Shown here: one piece after another, positions 19,995 to 30,154 of the stretch
Layout of the letters: every line of letters starts with the position of its first letter
How positions within the stretch are numbered: the stretch's first letter is position 1
Virus record (IMG/VR): IMGVR_UViG_3300029305_004606
Coordinates: 64,001 to 128,000 of that record
Length of the DNA: 64,000 nucleotides
Reading direction: 5' to 3' (one strand)
Source: a virus
Lineage: Duplodnaviria > Caudoviricetes
Notes under the pieces: generated by a model
The model's database searches: none
What the model was told of the DNA's origin: nothing
The model's input: the letters and a program-made list of their open reading frames with translations, nothing else
Program-made: the position numbers and the translations under genes

Positions 19995-20420
19995 ATGGAT
20001 ACTTTTATTAAAGATCTTTTTACAGTCACCACTACCAAAGATATTTATACAGTAATTGTTACTTTAGTGGCTTTATTTTTTATATTGAAAGCAATGTATA
20101 ACAATATAAAGTTTATTTGTTTGAAAAAAGCAAGTGAAAAAATTGCATCGGTTGAAGAGTTGGCAGATCTTACAGGAGATGAAAAATTTGCTCTTGTTTT
20201 ATCATGGATAAATAGTGATCTTCCAAAAATATTTAATAATGCTGCTGCTCAAACTATTATTGAAAAGCTGGTAAATTTTGCTTATAACAATGCATTTAAA
20301 TATGCTCAGAATTATATTAAGAGGAAGACAGGATATGATATTCAGGAGCTCGTTGATATGATTAAAGATGGTAATAAGAATATGAAAAATGAGCCTTGTA
20401 CAGAAGATTCGAAAAAATAA
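19995..20420 (+). CDS. Single-pass membrane protein, possibly holin-like
   Basis: TM segment IYTVIVTLVALFFILKAMY; GDEKFALV resembles the G.EK motif of LL-H-like holins. Confidence 0.45.
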   Translation: MDTFIKDLFTVTTTKDIYTVIVTLVALFFILKAMYNNIKFICLKKASEKIASVEELADLTGDEKFALVLSWINSDLPKIFNNAAAQTIIEKLVNFAYNNAFKYAQNYIKRKTGYDIQELVDMIKDGNKNMKNEPCTEDSKK

Positions 20421-20566
20421 TACCCATAGTCTTAGGAGTTTACAGCTCCTAAGACTTTTATTTTATACTATTAATTTGGTAGTAATTTATCAAACGCTAC
20501 ACATTTTTATAATTCTAATAAAGATAATTGTAGTCTATTATAAAACTTTTTAAAGTTAAAGGAGAT

Positions 20567-20824
20567 TTGCCGATGAGTATTATGTTATACGAAGATCCCA
20601 AGTTGGCAAAGATTGACTCCAAGTTGAAAAAAGCCAGAATAGCACGAGGATATACACAAGAATCATTAGCCGAATTATCTGGCGTCAATATAAAGTCGAT
20701 CGCTGCATACGAACAATCACCCGCTAAGTTCGCAAACGCTTCAATCTCTACTGTTATGAAATTATGTGATAGTCTTGGAGTAGATATTGAAGATGTAATT
20801 AACAGAGACACTATTGATTTTTAA
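20567..20824 (+). CDS. XRE-family helix-turn-helix protein
   Basis: LKKARIARGYTQESLAELSGVNIKSIAAYEQ. Confidence 0.88.
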   Translation: MPMSIMLYEDPKLAKIDSKLKKARIARGYTQESLAELSGVNIKSIAAYEQSPAKFANASISTVMKLCDSLGVDIEDVINRDTIDF

Positions 20825-20840
20825 AAAAGGAGAAATTAAA

Positions 20841-21293
20841 ATGAGCGAAGTAAAAACAAATATTCCACAAATGAAAATTAGATATCACAGAGAAATGTTT
20901 CCTGAATTGCCTGACGTTGTTCAGCATGGTAACTTTATCGATCTTTATAATGCAAAAGAAGTAACTCTTAAGGCTGGAGAATTTGATTATATTAGTCTTG
21001 GTATTTCAATAGAATGTCCTGAAGGATATTGGTTCCAGTTAGTACCTCGTAGTTCAACATTTGCAAAATACGGTATTATTCAGACTAACTCCTTCGGAGT
21101 TGTAGATACAAAATATTGTGGAGATGATGATATAATTGCAATGCCTGCATATGCTGTGAGAGATACAGTTATTCCTGCTAATGAAAGAATTTGTCAGTTT
21201 AGATTGGTAAAAGATATTGAATTTATTATCAATGAAGTTCCTAAGCTTGAAAATGAAAATAGAGGCGGATTTGGAGTTTCAGGAAGGAAATAA
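20841..21293 (+). CDS. dut: Trimeric dUTPase
   Basis: Motifs IDL, PRSS, GVVDTKYCG, ERICQ, NRGGFGVSG. Confidence 0.9.
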   Translation: MSEVKTNIPQMKIRYHREMFPELPDVVQHGNFIDLYNAKEVTLKAGEFDYISLGISIECPEGYWFQLVPRSSTFAKYGIIQTNSFGVVDTKYCGDDDIIAMPAYAVRDTVIPANERICQFRLVKDIEFIINEVPKLENENRGGFGVSGRK

Positions 21294-21297
21294 TTAT

Positions 21298-22503
21298 ATG
21301 AGTAAAAAATTTCCCGGCGGTATAGATTCCAGAGCAAGTAATAGATTTCATTACTGCTCTGGAACCGATACTCTTGTTGAAGTAAATACTATATTTTTTG
21401 ATGAAAATCACAAAATACATTCATTTGGTACATCTATTGGAGATAGATTTAATTTGGTTCCTTCTGAACAAATATTTCATTCTCCTTATGGATCGTATTT
21501 TAAAGATTATATTCTCGAAGATCTTTTTTATCTTGGTTATATAGATAGAAAACATTATCTTACTGTAAAATTCTGTGTAGATATTACAGAAAGTTCTATT
21601 TTCAAAAACTCTATCAAGTGCTTTATTGAAAATAATCATAATAAGCTTTCTAAGGCAGAAATACATACATGTGGCGAAGTATGGACAAATGGTATGGAAA
21701 TAGCTATTTGTAACTTGGTTGCTAAGAAATATTATAGTAACGAAGAAGTAGAAAAAAGAAATGCTAAAAAGAATCCGGGTAAATTAATGAAAGAATATTC
21801 TGACAAAGATATGACTTCTGATGTATTATCTAAACTAAGAAAACCTTTTATAGAAATTCGTTGTTCATACAATAGTGTCGAAGATATGATAAAAGATAAA
21901 GATAGTTTGGATAGTGGTTCTATTATTCATATTCACGGTTCTGATAAATTCTACTACAAAGATACAGATGGAGAATTTTCATTTTTATACTGTTCTAAAC
22001 CAGAAAATGATTTAATACCTAATGATTATACAATCTCTTGGGGTAGTTATTTTATGGGTATTGCTCAATTGGTTAAGAAACGTTCCAAAGATCCTGCTTG
22101 TAAAGTTGGTGCTTGTATTGTAAGAGATAAAAAGATTCTTTCTACAGGTTATAATGGATTTCCTCGTGGTATAGATGATGATAAATATCCTTGGACTAAA
22201 GATAGCAATGATCCTACTAAGAATAAATTCTTTTATGTGGTACATGCAGAGTTAAATGCTATATTAAACTCTGACACTCCTGTTACAGATGCAGAGTTAT
22301 ATGTAACAAAATTTCCTTGTAATGAATGTGCCAAAGCTATTATTCAGTCAGGTATCAAGAAGATTATTTATAACGATGACAAAGATGATCCTGTATTATT
22401 TAATGCAGAAAAGAACAAAGTAACACTATCAATGCTTACTGATGCAGGAATTGAAGTGGTTAGATATTGTCCGATTAGATATAACGAATTAATTCGTCTT
22501 TAA
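21298..22503 (+). CDS. dCMP deaminase with long N-terminal extension
   Basis: RSKDP..KVGACIV, TGYNGFP, VHAELNA, FPCNECAK in the C-terminal about 160 aa. Confidence 0.88.
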   Translation: MSKKFPGGIDSRASNRFHYCSGTDTLVEVNTIFFDENHKIHSFGTSIGDRFNLVPSEQIFHSPYGSYFKDYILEDLFYLGYIDRKHYLTVKFCVDITESSIFKNSIKCFIENNHNKLSKAEIHTCGEVWTNGMEIAICNLVAKKYYSNEEVEKRNAKKNPGKLMKEYSDKDMTSDVLSKLRKPFIEIRCSYNSVEDMIKDKDSLDSGSIIHIHGSDKFYYKDTDGEFSFLYCSKPENDLIPNDYTISWGSYFMGIAQLVKKRSKDPACKVGACIVRDKKILSTGYNGFPRGIDDDKYPWTKDSNDPTKNKFFYVVHAELNAILNSDTPVTDAELYVTKFPCNECAKAIIQSGIKKIIYNDDKDDPVLFNAEKNKVTLSMLTDAGIEVVRYCPIRYNELIRL

Positions 22504-22701
22504 TCATCAAATTTATACCAGTAAAAAAGCATGTATTTTAAAGAGTATAGAATTGAAGAAAATGGATAGAGATTGACCTCTCTATCCATTTTTCTATGCT
22601 GAAATTCAACATGTAGTTTTACATTTAGATAATCGCTTAATATTATTAGAGCGAAATAAATCCTAAAAATATAAAGATAACTAGGAGAGGAGATTATTTT
22701 T

Positions 22702-25002
22702 ATGCATTACATTATTAAACGTGATGGAAGAAAAGACGATTTTAATCGTAGAAAAATTGAAAGAGCTGTTGAGAAAGCTTTTTTAGAAGTTGATGGTACA
22801 GTAGACAGTTATGCTACTAATAAAATTCATTCTATTGCTGATTTCATCGAAGAAAAAGTTAATACAACTGATCATGAATATACAGTAGAAGAAATTCAGG
22901 ATCTTGTACAGAACGGTCTTATGAATACAAAAAGAAAAGATGTAGCTGTAGCATATATTACATACCGTAACGAAAGAAATCGTATTAGAGGTAATCATAT
23001 TGATAAAGCGATTGATGAAATCGTTAATGGAAAATCTGAATATTGGAATGGAGAAAACTCCAATAAAAATTCGTTACTTGTAACTACTCAAAGAGACTAT
23101 ATTGCTGGTGAAGTATCTACAGACAAAGCTATGAGAGAGTTACTTCCTATCGAAGTTGTAATGGCTCACAAGGCTTCAGAAGCTCATTTCCATGATGCTG
23201 ATTATTTTGCTCAGAAAGCACTTACAAACTGTGAATTGGTTAATGCTGAAGATATGTTGCAGAATGGTACTGTAGTGAACGGTGTTGCTATTGATAAACC
23301 TAAGAGACTTATTACAGGATCTACTATTATTACTCAAATTATTCTTGCAGTAACTTCGTCCACATATGGTGGATGTACAGTAACTCTTACACATCTTGCA
23401 CCTTTTGTTCGTGACAGTTTCATTGGACATCTTAAAGATGGATTTATCTGGTGTGAAGATATGGATGAAGATGAAGCTGAAAAAATGGCTGAAGAATTCA
23501 GAAATTCTGGTATGACTGTTTTGGCTTCAGAAGAATTCAAAGCTGAACATAAGAAAGTGTATAAATATGCTCTTAAGAAAACTTTGAAAGAAGTTAGAGA
23601 TTCTGTTCAAACTTTCAACTATCAGGTTAATTCTATGACCAATACAAATGGTCAGGCTCCTTTCCTTACAGTATTCATGTATCTTGGAGAAACAGATGAG
23701 TTTAAACCTGAATTAGCCATGTTGATCGAAGAATTCTTACATCAGAGAATTTTAGGATTCAAGAATCGCAATGGTGTATATATTACTCCTGCATTTCCTA
23801 AGCTTATCTATGTAACAGAAGAAGACAATATTCATGAAGATTCTAAGTATTGGTATCTTACTGAACTTGCTGCTAAATGTATTGCTAAGAGAATGGTTCC
23901 TGATCTTATCTCAGAAAAGATAATGAAACAGTTGAAAATTGACGAAAATGGAAACGGAAACTGCTATCCTGCTATGGGTTGTCGTTCATTCCTTACACCT
24001 TATATCGATCCTAAAACAGGTAAACCTAAATATTATGGTCGTTTCAATGGTGGTGTTGTTACTATCAATCTTCCTGATATTGCATTATCTGCTCGTAGAG
24101 ATATATATGGAGAAACTGCTAATGATCAGCCTTTCGAACTTACACCTGAACTTGAAAAGAAATTCTGGGAAATCTTCGAAAAGAGAACAGAAGTATGTCA
24201 TAAGGGTCTTCGTAAGAGATATGAAAGAATTGCTTCTATCACTTCAGATGTAGCTCCTATTCTTTGGCAGGCAGGAACATTTGCAAGACTTCAGCCTGGT
24301 GAATCTGTAGAACCTCTTCTGAGAGGTGGTTATGCTACATTTTCTCTTGGATATGCAGGTCTCTATGAATGTGTAAAAGCTATGACTGGTAAGAGTCATT
24401 CAGGTGGAGAAGGTATGGAGTTTGGTATGAAAGTTATGCAGGCTCTAAATGATAAGTGTGCTCAATGGAGAGAAGCAGAAGACATTGCATACTCATTATA
24501 TGGAACACCTATTGAAAGTGTAACATATAAGTTTGCTAAGTCTCTTCAGAATAAGTTTGGTATTATTGAAGGTATTACCGACAGAGGTTATATCACTAAC
24601 TCTTATCATATTAACGTAAGAGAAGAGATTGACGCTTTCAGCAAACTATCTATCGAATCTCAGTATCAGAAACTTTCTCCTGGTGGAGCTATTTCATATG
24701 TAGAGGTTCCTAATATGCAGAATAATATTCCTGCTGTACTTGAACTTATGAAGTTCATGTATGATAATATCATGTATGCAGAGATTAATTCTAAGTCTGA
24801 TTACTGTCAGTGCTGTGGTTATGATGGTGAGATTCAGATTAAAGGAGAGAAAGCAGGAAATCTCTATTGGGAGTGTCCTAATTGTGGAAACAAAGACCAG
24901 AAACTTATGAATGTAGCAAGACGTACTTGTGGATATATTGGTACACAGTTCTGGAATCAGGGTCGTACCGAAGAGATTAAAGAAAGAGTGCTTCATTTAT
25001 AA
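22702..25002 (+). CDS. nrdD: Anaerobic ribonucleoside-triphosphate reductase
   Basis: ATP cone IIKRDG, MGCRSFL, YGRFN, YITNSYH, CxxC/CxxC, RRTCGY glycyl-radical motif. Confidence 0.97.
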   Translation: MHYIIKRDGRKDDFNRRKIERAVEKAFLEVDGTVDSYATNKIHSIADFIEEKVNTTDHEYTVEEIQDLVQNGLMNTKRKDVAVAYITYRNERNRIRGNHIDKAIDEIVNGKSEYWNGENSNKNSLLVTTQRDYIAGEVSTDKAMRELLPIEVVMAHKASEAHFHDADYFAQKALTNCELVNAEDMLQNGTVVNGVAIDKPKRLITGSTIITQIILAVTSSTYGGCTVTLTHLAPFVRDSFIGHLKDGFIWCEDMDEDEAEKMAEEFRNSGMTVLASEEFKAEHKKVYKYALKKTLKEVRDSVQTFNYQVNSMTNTNGQAPFLTVFMYLGETDEFKPELAMLIEEFLHQRILGFKNRNGVYITPAFPKLIYVTEEDNIHEDSKYWYLTELAAKCIAKRMVPDLISEKIMKQLKIDENGNGNCYPAMGCRSFLTPYIDPKTGKPKYYGRFNGGVVTINLPDIALSARRDIYGETANDQPFELTPELEKKFWEIFEKRTEVCHKGLRKRYERIASITSDVAPILWQAGTFARLQPGESVEPLLRGGYATFSLGYAGLYECVKAMTGKSHSGGEGMEFGMKVMQALNDKCAQWREAEDIAYSLYGTPIESVTYKFAKSLQNKFGIIEGITDRGYITNSYHINVREEIDAFSKLSIESQYQKLSPGGAISYVEVPNMQNNIPAVLELMKFMYDNIMYAEINSKSDYCQCCGYDGEIQIKGEKAGNLYWECPNCGNKDQKLMNVARRTCGYIGTQFWNQGRTEEIKERVLHL

Positions 25003-25066
25003 TTAAATTAACTAACTCTTGGTGGATGAAAATTCACCAAGAGTTTTATTTCGTTGGAGGTTTATT

Positions 25067-25567
25067 ATGAATTATGCAAATATAAAATATAATGATATTG
25101 CTAATGGATACGGTGTCAGAACTAGTTTATTTGTATCAGGTTGTAGAAATAATTGCCCTAATTGTTTTAATAAAGATGCTCAGAATTTTAAATACGGAAA
25201 TCCTTTTACCGATGAAGTAGCAGATAATATAATTGAATCAGTTAAAGCAAATCATTATAAAGGGATTACTATCTTAGGCGGGGAACCTATGGAACCTGAA
25301 AATGCTTCGGAACTTATAAAATTTGTCAAAAAGTTTAGAGAAGTATACGGTGATACCAAAGATATTTGGTTATTTACTGGATATATTTATGAAAACTTAC
25401 TGGAGTACGATGATGACAGGGCTAGACTTGCAGAAGCAGTTGATATTATCGTAGATGGTCCATTCATCGAAGCTAAAAAGAGTATTATTTTACAATTCAG
25501 AGGTAGTTCTAATCAAAGAATTATTGATGCTAAGAATAAAACTGATATAACTAGTCAGTTTAAATAA
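25067..25567 (+). CDS. nrdG: Anaerobic RNR activase
   Basis: [12 protein letters not shown] radical-SAM motif, [12 protein letters not shown]; follows nrdD. Confidence 0.95.
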   Translation: MNYANIKYNDIANGYGVRTSLFVSGCRNNCPNCFNKDAQNFKYGNPFTDEVADNIIESVKANHYKGITILGGEPMEPENASELIKFVKKFREVYGDTKDIWLFTGYIYENLLEYDDDRARLAEAVDIIVDGPFIEAKKSIILQFRGSSNQRIIDAKNKTDITSQFK

Positions 25568-25587
25568 AAGACAAGGAGAAAGATATT

Positions 25588-25920
25588 ATGTCAAGAAATG
25601 TGTCAGAAGATGGAAGATTAAAAGTAGGAGATATTGTATCTCATTTCAAAAGAGATGGATATCTCGAAGAAGTAGCGATGCTCGGTGTAACAGCACAAAA
25701 GAATATTTATTTGTATGAAATTTTAGCATTTGCTAAACATACAGAAACCAAAGAAGAATTAGTAGTATACAAAGCATTATATTCAAATCATGATATGGGA
25801 GTTGACTTCGGTGTATATTGTAGACCTTACAATATGTTTATGTCGGAAGTTGACAGAGAAAAATATCCTGATGTTAAACAGAAATATCGTTTTGAAATTT
25901 GGAACGGTGATACAGAGTAA
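25588..25920 (+). CDS. DUF1653-family protein
   Basis: HFK...Y...[17 protein letters not shown]...[11 protein letters not shown]...QKYRF. Confidence 0.8.
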   Translation: MSRNVSEDGRLKVGDIVSHFKRDGYLEEVAMLGVTAQKNIYLYEILAFAKHTETKEELVVYKALYSNHDMGVDFGVYCRPYNMFMSEVDREKYPDVKQKYRFEIWNGDTE

Positions 25921-26031
25921 AAATAAAGTTCCTCAGATGAGTAAATCATCTGAGGAATATTTTCTTAAATTATATATTATAAACTTGTATATACATATAG
26001 TTTATTTTATAGAAAGGAAACAAATGATACT

Positions 26032-26568
26032 ATGGACAAAGAAAAAGAGGAAAAAATGAAAAAAGCTGCAGAAGAAGCTTGTGAACAAATTAGAAAAGAA
26101 GCATCAAAAAGAGTTACAGATGCTATTGTTGACAAAGTAAAGACTATGAACTTAGATGAAGATATTCATTATGCTGAGTTTGTAAAATCTAACTTTGAAA
26201 TGATGAAAGAACTTGGAGTTATTGGCGTAGTTTTGGGAGGTGTAGTTCCTGATAATAAAGATAAGTCTAAAGTTATATATGATGGAACTTTGCCATTCAA
26301 ATTTGAAGTTAATGATGAGAATGGTGAACCTTATACACATTTTAAAGTAGCACAAAAAGCTAAGAAGATTATTACTGAATATAGAAGAAAAGTTGGTCCT
26401 ATGATTCTCGGAGATACTGATCCTGAAAATTTTACATTTTGTTACAGAATGAGAGATGATGTTTGGACTCAAGAAAGAGCGGATAATTATACTTGTCTTA
26501 TTCAGGAAGAAGTAGACAATGCTATAAAAGTTTTAGAAGAACTTGAAAAACAAAAGGAAAAAGAATAG
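26032..26568 (+). CDS. Hypothetical protein (putative early)
   Basis: Promoter motif at 25970, AAAGGA SD. Confidence 0.75.
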   Translation: MDKEKEEKMKKAAEEACEQIRKEASKRVTDAIVDKVKTMNLDEDIHYAEFVKSNFEMMKELGVIGVVLGGVVPDNKDKSKVIYDGTLPFKFEVNDENGEPYTHFKVAQKAKKIITEYRRKVGPMILGDTDPENFTFCYRMRDDVWTQERADNYTCLIQEEVDNAIKVLEELEKQKEKE

Positions 26569-26592
26569 AAATATTAGATTGAGGTATTATAT

Positions 26593-26766
26593 ATGGGCAA
26601 AGTATTAGAACCATTTGATTTTGCTTCTAGACTTATGGAGATGGATAAGGGAGTATTAGAAGAAATTTTTGGTACAAAATTAATTTCTAATGAAGATTTA
26701 TTTAAGAAATTCTCTTATAATGAGGCTATGGCTATTTACAATGTTTGGATGGATATTAACTTTTAA
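26593..26766 (+). CDS. Small hypothetical protein (57 aa, not in ORF track)
   Basis: GAGG SD; MGKVLEPFDFASRL... Confidence 0.6.
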   Translation: MGKVLEPFDFASRLMEMDKGVLEEIFGTKLISNEDLFKKFSYNEAMAIYNVWMDINF

Positions 26767-26860
26767 TATACTATTAAACAATCAGTTAATAGTCCTCTAC
26801 TGGAGTATTAAATCTTATTAAAGTTATATATTATAAATTTAGAAAGGAGGAAATAAAGTA

Positions 26861-27084
26861 ATGGGGTAGTAAATAATATAAGTTATGATAATTTTCCTAA
26901 ACAAAATATGGGTGATTTGGGTGTAGGAACTAAAGTAAATGTATATTATCATTATGATACCAGTAAAAAACATACTGGAATTATTGTTAGAGATGATCAA
27001 GAAGAACCATTTGAAACAATTATTAAACTTGATGATGGAAGATTTCTAAGAGGCACAGAATGCCAGTATAGTCCTATAGAGTAA
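26861..27084 (+). pseudogene. Frameshifted small gene (1-nt loss in G run at codon 2)
   Basis: Promoter 26824 and AAAGGAGG SD precede ATG GGG TAG; another frame reads VVNNISYDNFPKQ...IVRDDQEEPFETIIKLDDGRFLRGTECQYSPIE to 27084. Confidence 0.6.
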
Positions 27085-27123
27085 TAACAACTAATTATTT
27101 TGTTAGAAAGGAGGAAATAAAAG

Positions 27124-27318
27124 ATGGAATCCACAAAGATTTATGAAGAATCGCACAAAGAGCTTGTCAGAATTACCAGAGAAACCAGTACAGGTGAAAT
27201 TAGAATTGATCCTAGTAAACTTGATGCTGAAACTAAAGGTCAGATGCTGAAAGCTATTAGAGGTGTAGCAAATCAGAGACAAAAAGACATCGAGAAAATT
27301 ATTTTCGGTGTACAGTAG
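27124..27318 (+). CDS. Hypothetical protein
   Basis: AAGGAGG SD. Confidence 0.65.
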   Translation: MESTKIYEESHKELVRITRETSTGEIRIDPSKLDAETKGQMLKAIRGVANQRQKDIEKIIFGVQ

Positions 27319-27335
27319 TAGGAGGTCTAAAAAAA

Positions 27336-27533
27336 GTGAGCAACAACGATTTCGATATTCCAGTTAAGATTGAAGTTGACACTAATGAAGTTGAAAATCA
27401 ACTTGGTAAAGTTGGTTCGTTTCTATTGGTACATGCAGTCGATATGTTGTTTGGTAAAAGAGGTTTAATAAGACCAGAGTTTGAAACAACTTTCTGGTTA
27501 GGAAATTACTATATCAAGATCGATATGCATTAG
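27336..27533 (+). CDS. Hypothetical protein
   Basis: AGGAGG SD, GTG start. Confidence 0.6.
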   Translation: MSNNDFDIPVKIEVDTNEVENQLGKVGSFLLVHAVDMLFGKRGLIRPEFETTFWLGNYYIKIDMH

Positions 27534-27558
27534 ATATTTCTAAGGAAGAGGTGCTATT

Positions 27559-27975
27559 ATGGCAAAAAAGGATACTTTTGAAAAAATGTACGACTTGTAC
27601 AATGCTATTGTCGATATCGACAGAATTATTAACTCTACTGATGATATTAATCAAAATGGAGAATGTAAATTAGATCAGGTTTTATTCTATGTAAAAGACA
27701 TCCCTAAATCAGAATATAATCCTCAAATAGCTGCAGAGATTATAAGTTCTATTAGAACTGCTATTGTAGAGATATATTCTAAAACAGCTCAAGAAATTAA
27801 TAATGATATTGGATCAGGAATGGTTTCAATGGGTTGTAGACAGGAAAGTCCTATAGCTGGTAAAATTCCGGTCATGATTAATCCTACTCAGGTTCAGAAT
27901 AACTTTGGTCTTGGAGCTAGGAAAAACAATGTAGAAAGAGGTATGGTCTATGCAGCAGGACAACAAACAAATTAG
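27559..27975 (+). CDS. Hypothetical protein
   Basis: GAGGTG SD. Confidence 0.7.
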   Translation: MAKKDTFEKMYDLYNAIVDIDRIINSTDDINQNGECKLDQVLFYVKDIPKSEYNPQIAAEIISSIRTAIVEIYSKTAQEINNDIGSGMVSMGCRQESPIAGKIPVMINPTQVQNNFGLGARKNNVERGMVYAAGQQTN

Positions 27976-29536
27976 TGTCACGCTCACTTATCCTCATTCA
28001 GACGAATATGAATTTCTTACAAAGATTGAGATAATCGATTTGGATGCTGAGGCTAAGAAAGATATTGCTACTGGTGATGGTTTCTTAATTGGTAAACCTA
28101 AGAATAGCAATAAGAAAGATATGAAAGATATTAATGGTATTTATTCATCTAGATTCGGTCAGAAATTAGGTGATGTAAATCCATTCGCTGATAGATATAG
28201 CTGTGAATGTGGCTATACAACATCTCGTATTAATCATGGTATTGAATGCCCAATGTGTAAAACCAAGGTTAAGTATGTTGATGATAACTTCAAGATGTTT
28301 GGATGGATTGTATTAAAAGACGAATATCACATTATTCATCCTAAATTTTATGATGCTCTTGATTATATCTTCGGCGAATCAAAATATAACGAAGAAAGAA
28401 AGAAGATGAAAGGTGGTAGAAGATTAAAGAATATTCTTAACTATTCACCTGAAGTAGATCAACATGGTTTTGAAAAAGAATGTGCTTTTAAACCGGATAA
28501 AGAACCTTATTATGGTATTGGTATGATCGAATTCTATAATAGATTTGATGAAATATTACAGTATTATTATGGACTTAATCCAAAGAAGAAAGATTATTAT
28601 GACGAGATTATGGAATACAGACATCTTGTATTCTGTCATTCAATTCCTGTATTTACAACACATCTTCGTCCGGCAGATATTAGAGATTCTTATATGTACT
28701 TTGAACCTACAAATGGTATGTACAATATGATCAACAAGCATGTCCATAAGATCAATAAGAATACTCGTAAGATGGATAATAATATCAAGATTAAGAACAG
28801 TGAATTGTTCAAAGTACAGATGACTTATATGGAGCTTGTTAACGAAGTAATGAATATCTTAACAGGTAAACGTGGACAGTTAAGAAACTTGGTATCCGGT
28901 CGTTACAATTTCAGTTGTAGAGCAGTTATTAGACAGGATGCATCTTTAAGAGTAGATCAGGTTAAACTTCCTTATGTTGAGTTGTGTATTACATTACGTC
29001 AGCAGATTATCAATATACTGGTTAGAAACTATAATATATCTCCTTTGGAAGCTTATGATAAGTGGTATAAGGCTGTAGCAAAGAAAGATGATCGTGTAGC
29101 TGAGATTATTGATAATTTGATCCATGCAAATCCCGAAGGTTTACCTGTATTGATAAATCGAAATCCTACTATCAATTATGGATCTGTACTTCAGGTTTAT
29201 GTTGTGGGGTATACAGATACATTAACCATGTCAGTACCACTTCAGGCTATTAAGTCTATGGGTGCAGACTTTGATGGAGACGTACTCAATATTCTCCATA
29301 TTATTAATCAAGCATTTTATGAGAGATGCCGTATTGTATTCAATCCTCGTAATGCTATGTATATTTCTAGAATTGATGGTTATCTTAACAGTGATCTTAT
29401 TGTTCAGAGAGATACATTGATTAATGCTAATACTTTTGTTTATCTTGGTCGTAACAAATATAATCAAGCTCAGCTTGATAAAATTGCTGCTATTAAAGAA
29501 AAACAGAAAGTCTATTTCAAAGGCTATGATGAATAA
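27950..29536 (+). CDS. Phage RNA polymerase beta' subunit, N-terminal half with catalytic site
   Basis: Zn ribbon YSCECG...CPMC, GKRGQLRNLVSGRYNFSCRAVI, NRNPTI, GADFDGD. Confidence 0.93.
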   Translation: MQQDNKQISVTLTYPHSDEYEFLTKIEIIDLDAEAKKDIATGDGFLIGKPKNSNKKDMKDINGIYSSRFGQKLGDVNPFADRYSCECGYTTSRINHGIECPMCKTKVKYVDDNFKMFGWIVLKDEYHIIHPKFYDALDYIFGESKYNEERKKMKGGRRLKNILNYSPEVDQHGFEKECAFKPDKEPYYGIGMIEFYNRFDEILQYYYGLNPKKKDYYDEIMEYRHLVFCHSIPVFTTHLRPADIRDSYMYFEPTNGMYNMINKHVHKINKNTRKMDNNIKIKNSELFKVQMTYMELVNEVMNILTGKRGQLRNLVSGRYNFSCRAVIRQDASLRVDQVKLPYVELCITLRQQIINILVRNYNISPLEAYDKWYKAVAKKDDRVAEIIDNLIHANPEGLPVLINRNPTINYGSVLQVYVVGYTDTLTMSVPLQAIKSMGADFDGDVLNILHIINQAFYERCRIVFNPRNAMYISRIDGYLNSDLIVQRDTLINANTFVYLGRNKYNQAQLDKIAAIKEKQKVYFKGYDE

Positions 29537-29597
29537 ATAACTATTAATATTCCCTAGAGGTATAAATCCACCTCTAGGGATTTTATATTATAGGAGG
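29537..29597 (+). repeat. About 60-bp direct repeat (hairpin plus SD), second copy at about 30086-30147
   Basis: ATAACTATTAATRTTCCCTAGAGGTATA...ACCTCTAGGGATTT...ATAGGAGG on both sides of ORF 29609-30088. Confidence 0.8.
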
Positions 29598-29608
29598 AAG
29601 ATTATAGA

Positions 29609-30088
29609 ATGAGAAAATTCGAAGATGTTATAAATCATTTTTCTGTAATTGATTTAAGTGATGACTCTCTTCATGGTGAATTTACTAAAAAATTTGGTAT
29701 TCTTGCTAGTGATGAAAATGTATCTGATATTGAAGCTATTGATACTTATGTTACAATGAAAGTTGACAATAATGATGTGCATATTGATACTATATACCAG
29801 GATATTCATTATGATGGTATTGTTGTACAAACCGAAACAGGTGCTACGAATATAAAATCAGATGAAAAAGAAGATAATGCATTTGCATATATGAGATTTG
29901 AAAATATCGGTAAAGATGAACCTATAAATATTCATGTATCATCTATCTCTAATAAAAGTAGTAGTGAAGCTGGATTTGAACTTGCTGTAGCTGGATTTAA
30001 AGATATTAAAACTGTCATTTTAGGATTGAGAACAATTGCTGATAATTTAGAAGAACAGCTTGAAGTGGCAATCGAAGAAACTAAATAA
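29609..30088 (+). CDS. Hypothetical protein flanked by direct repeats
   Basis: AGGAGG SD, 159 aa. Confidence 0.75.
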   Translation: MRKFEDVINHFSVIDLSDDSLHGEFTKKFGILASDENVSDIEAIDTYVTMKVDNNDVHIDTIYQDIHYDGIVVQTETGATNIKSDEKEDNAFAYMRFENIGKDEPINIHVSSISNKSSSEAGFELAVAGFKDIKTVILGLRTIADNLEEQLEVAIEETK

Positions 30089-30154
30089 CTATTAATGTTC
30101 CCTAGAGGTATATTATACCTCTAGGGATTTATATTTTCTATAGGAGGTAACAAT

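Noticed and set aside
18418-30147. Integron-like system (recombinase plus hairpin-flanked cassettes)
   Set aside because: Recombinase lacks the IntI-specific insertion and hairpins lack attC RYYYAAC/GTTRRRY ends; most look like terminators
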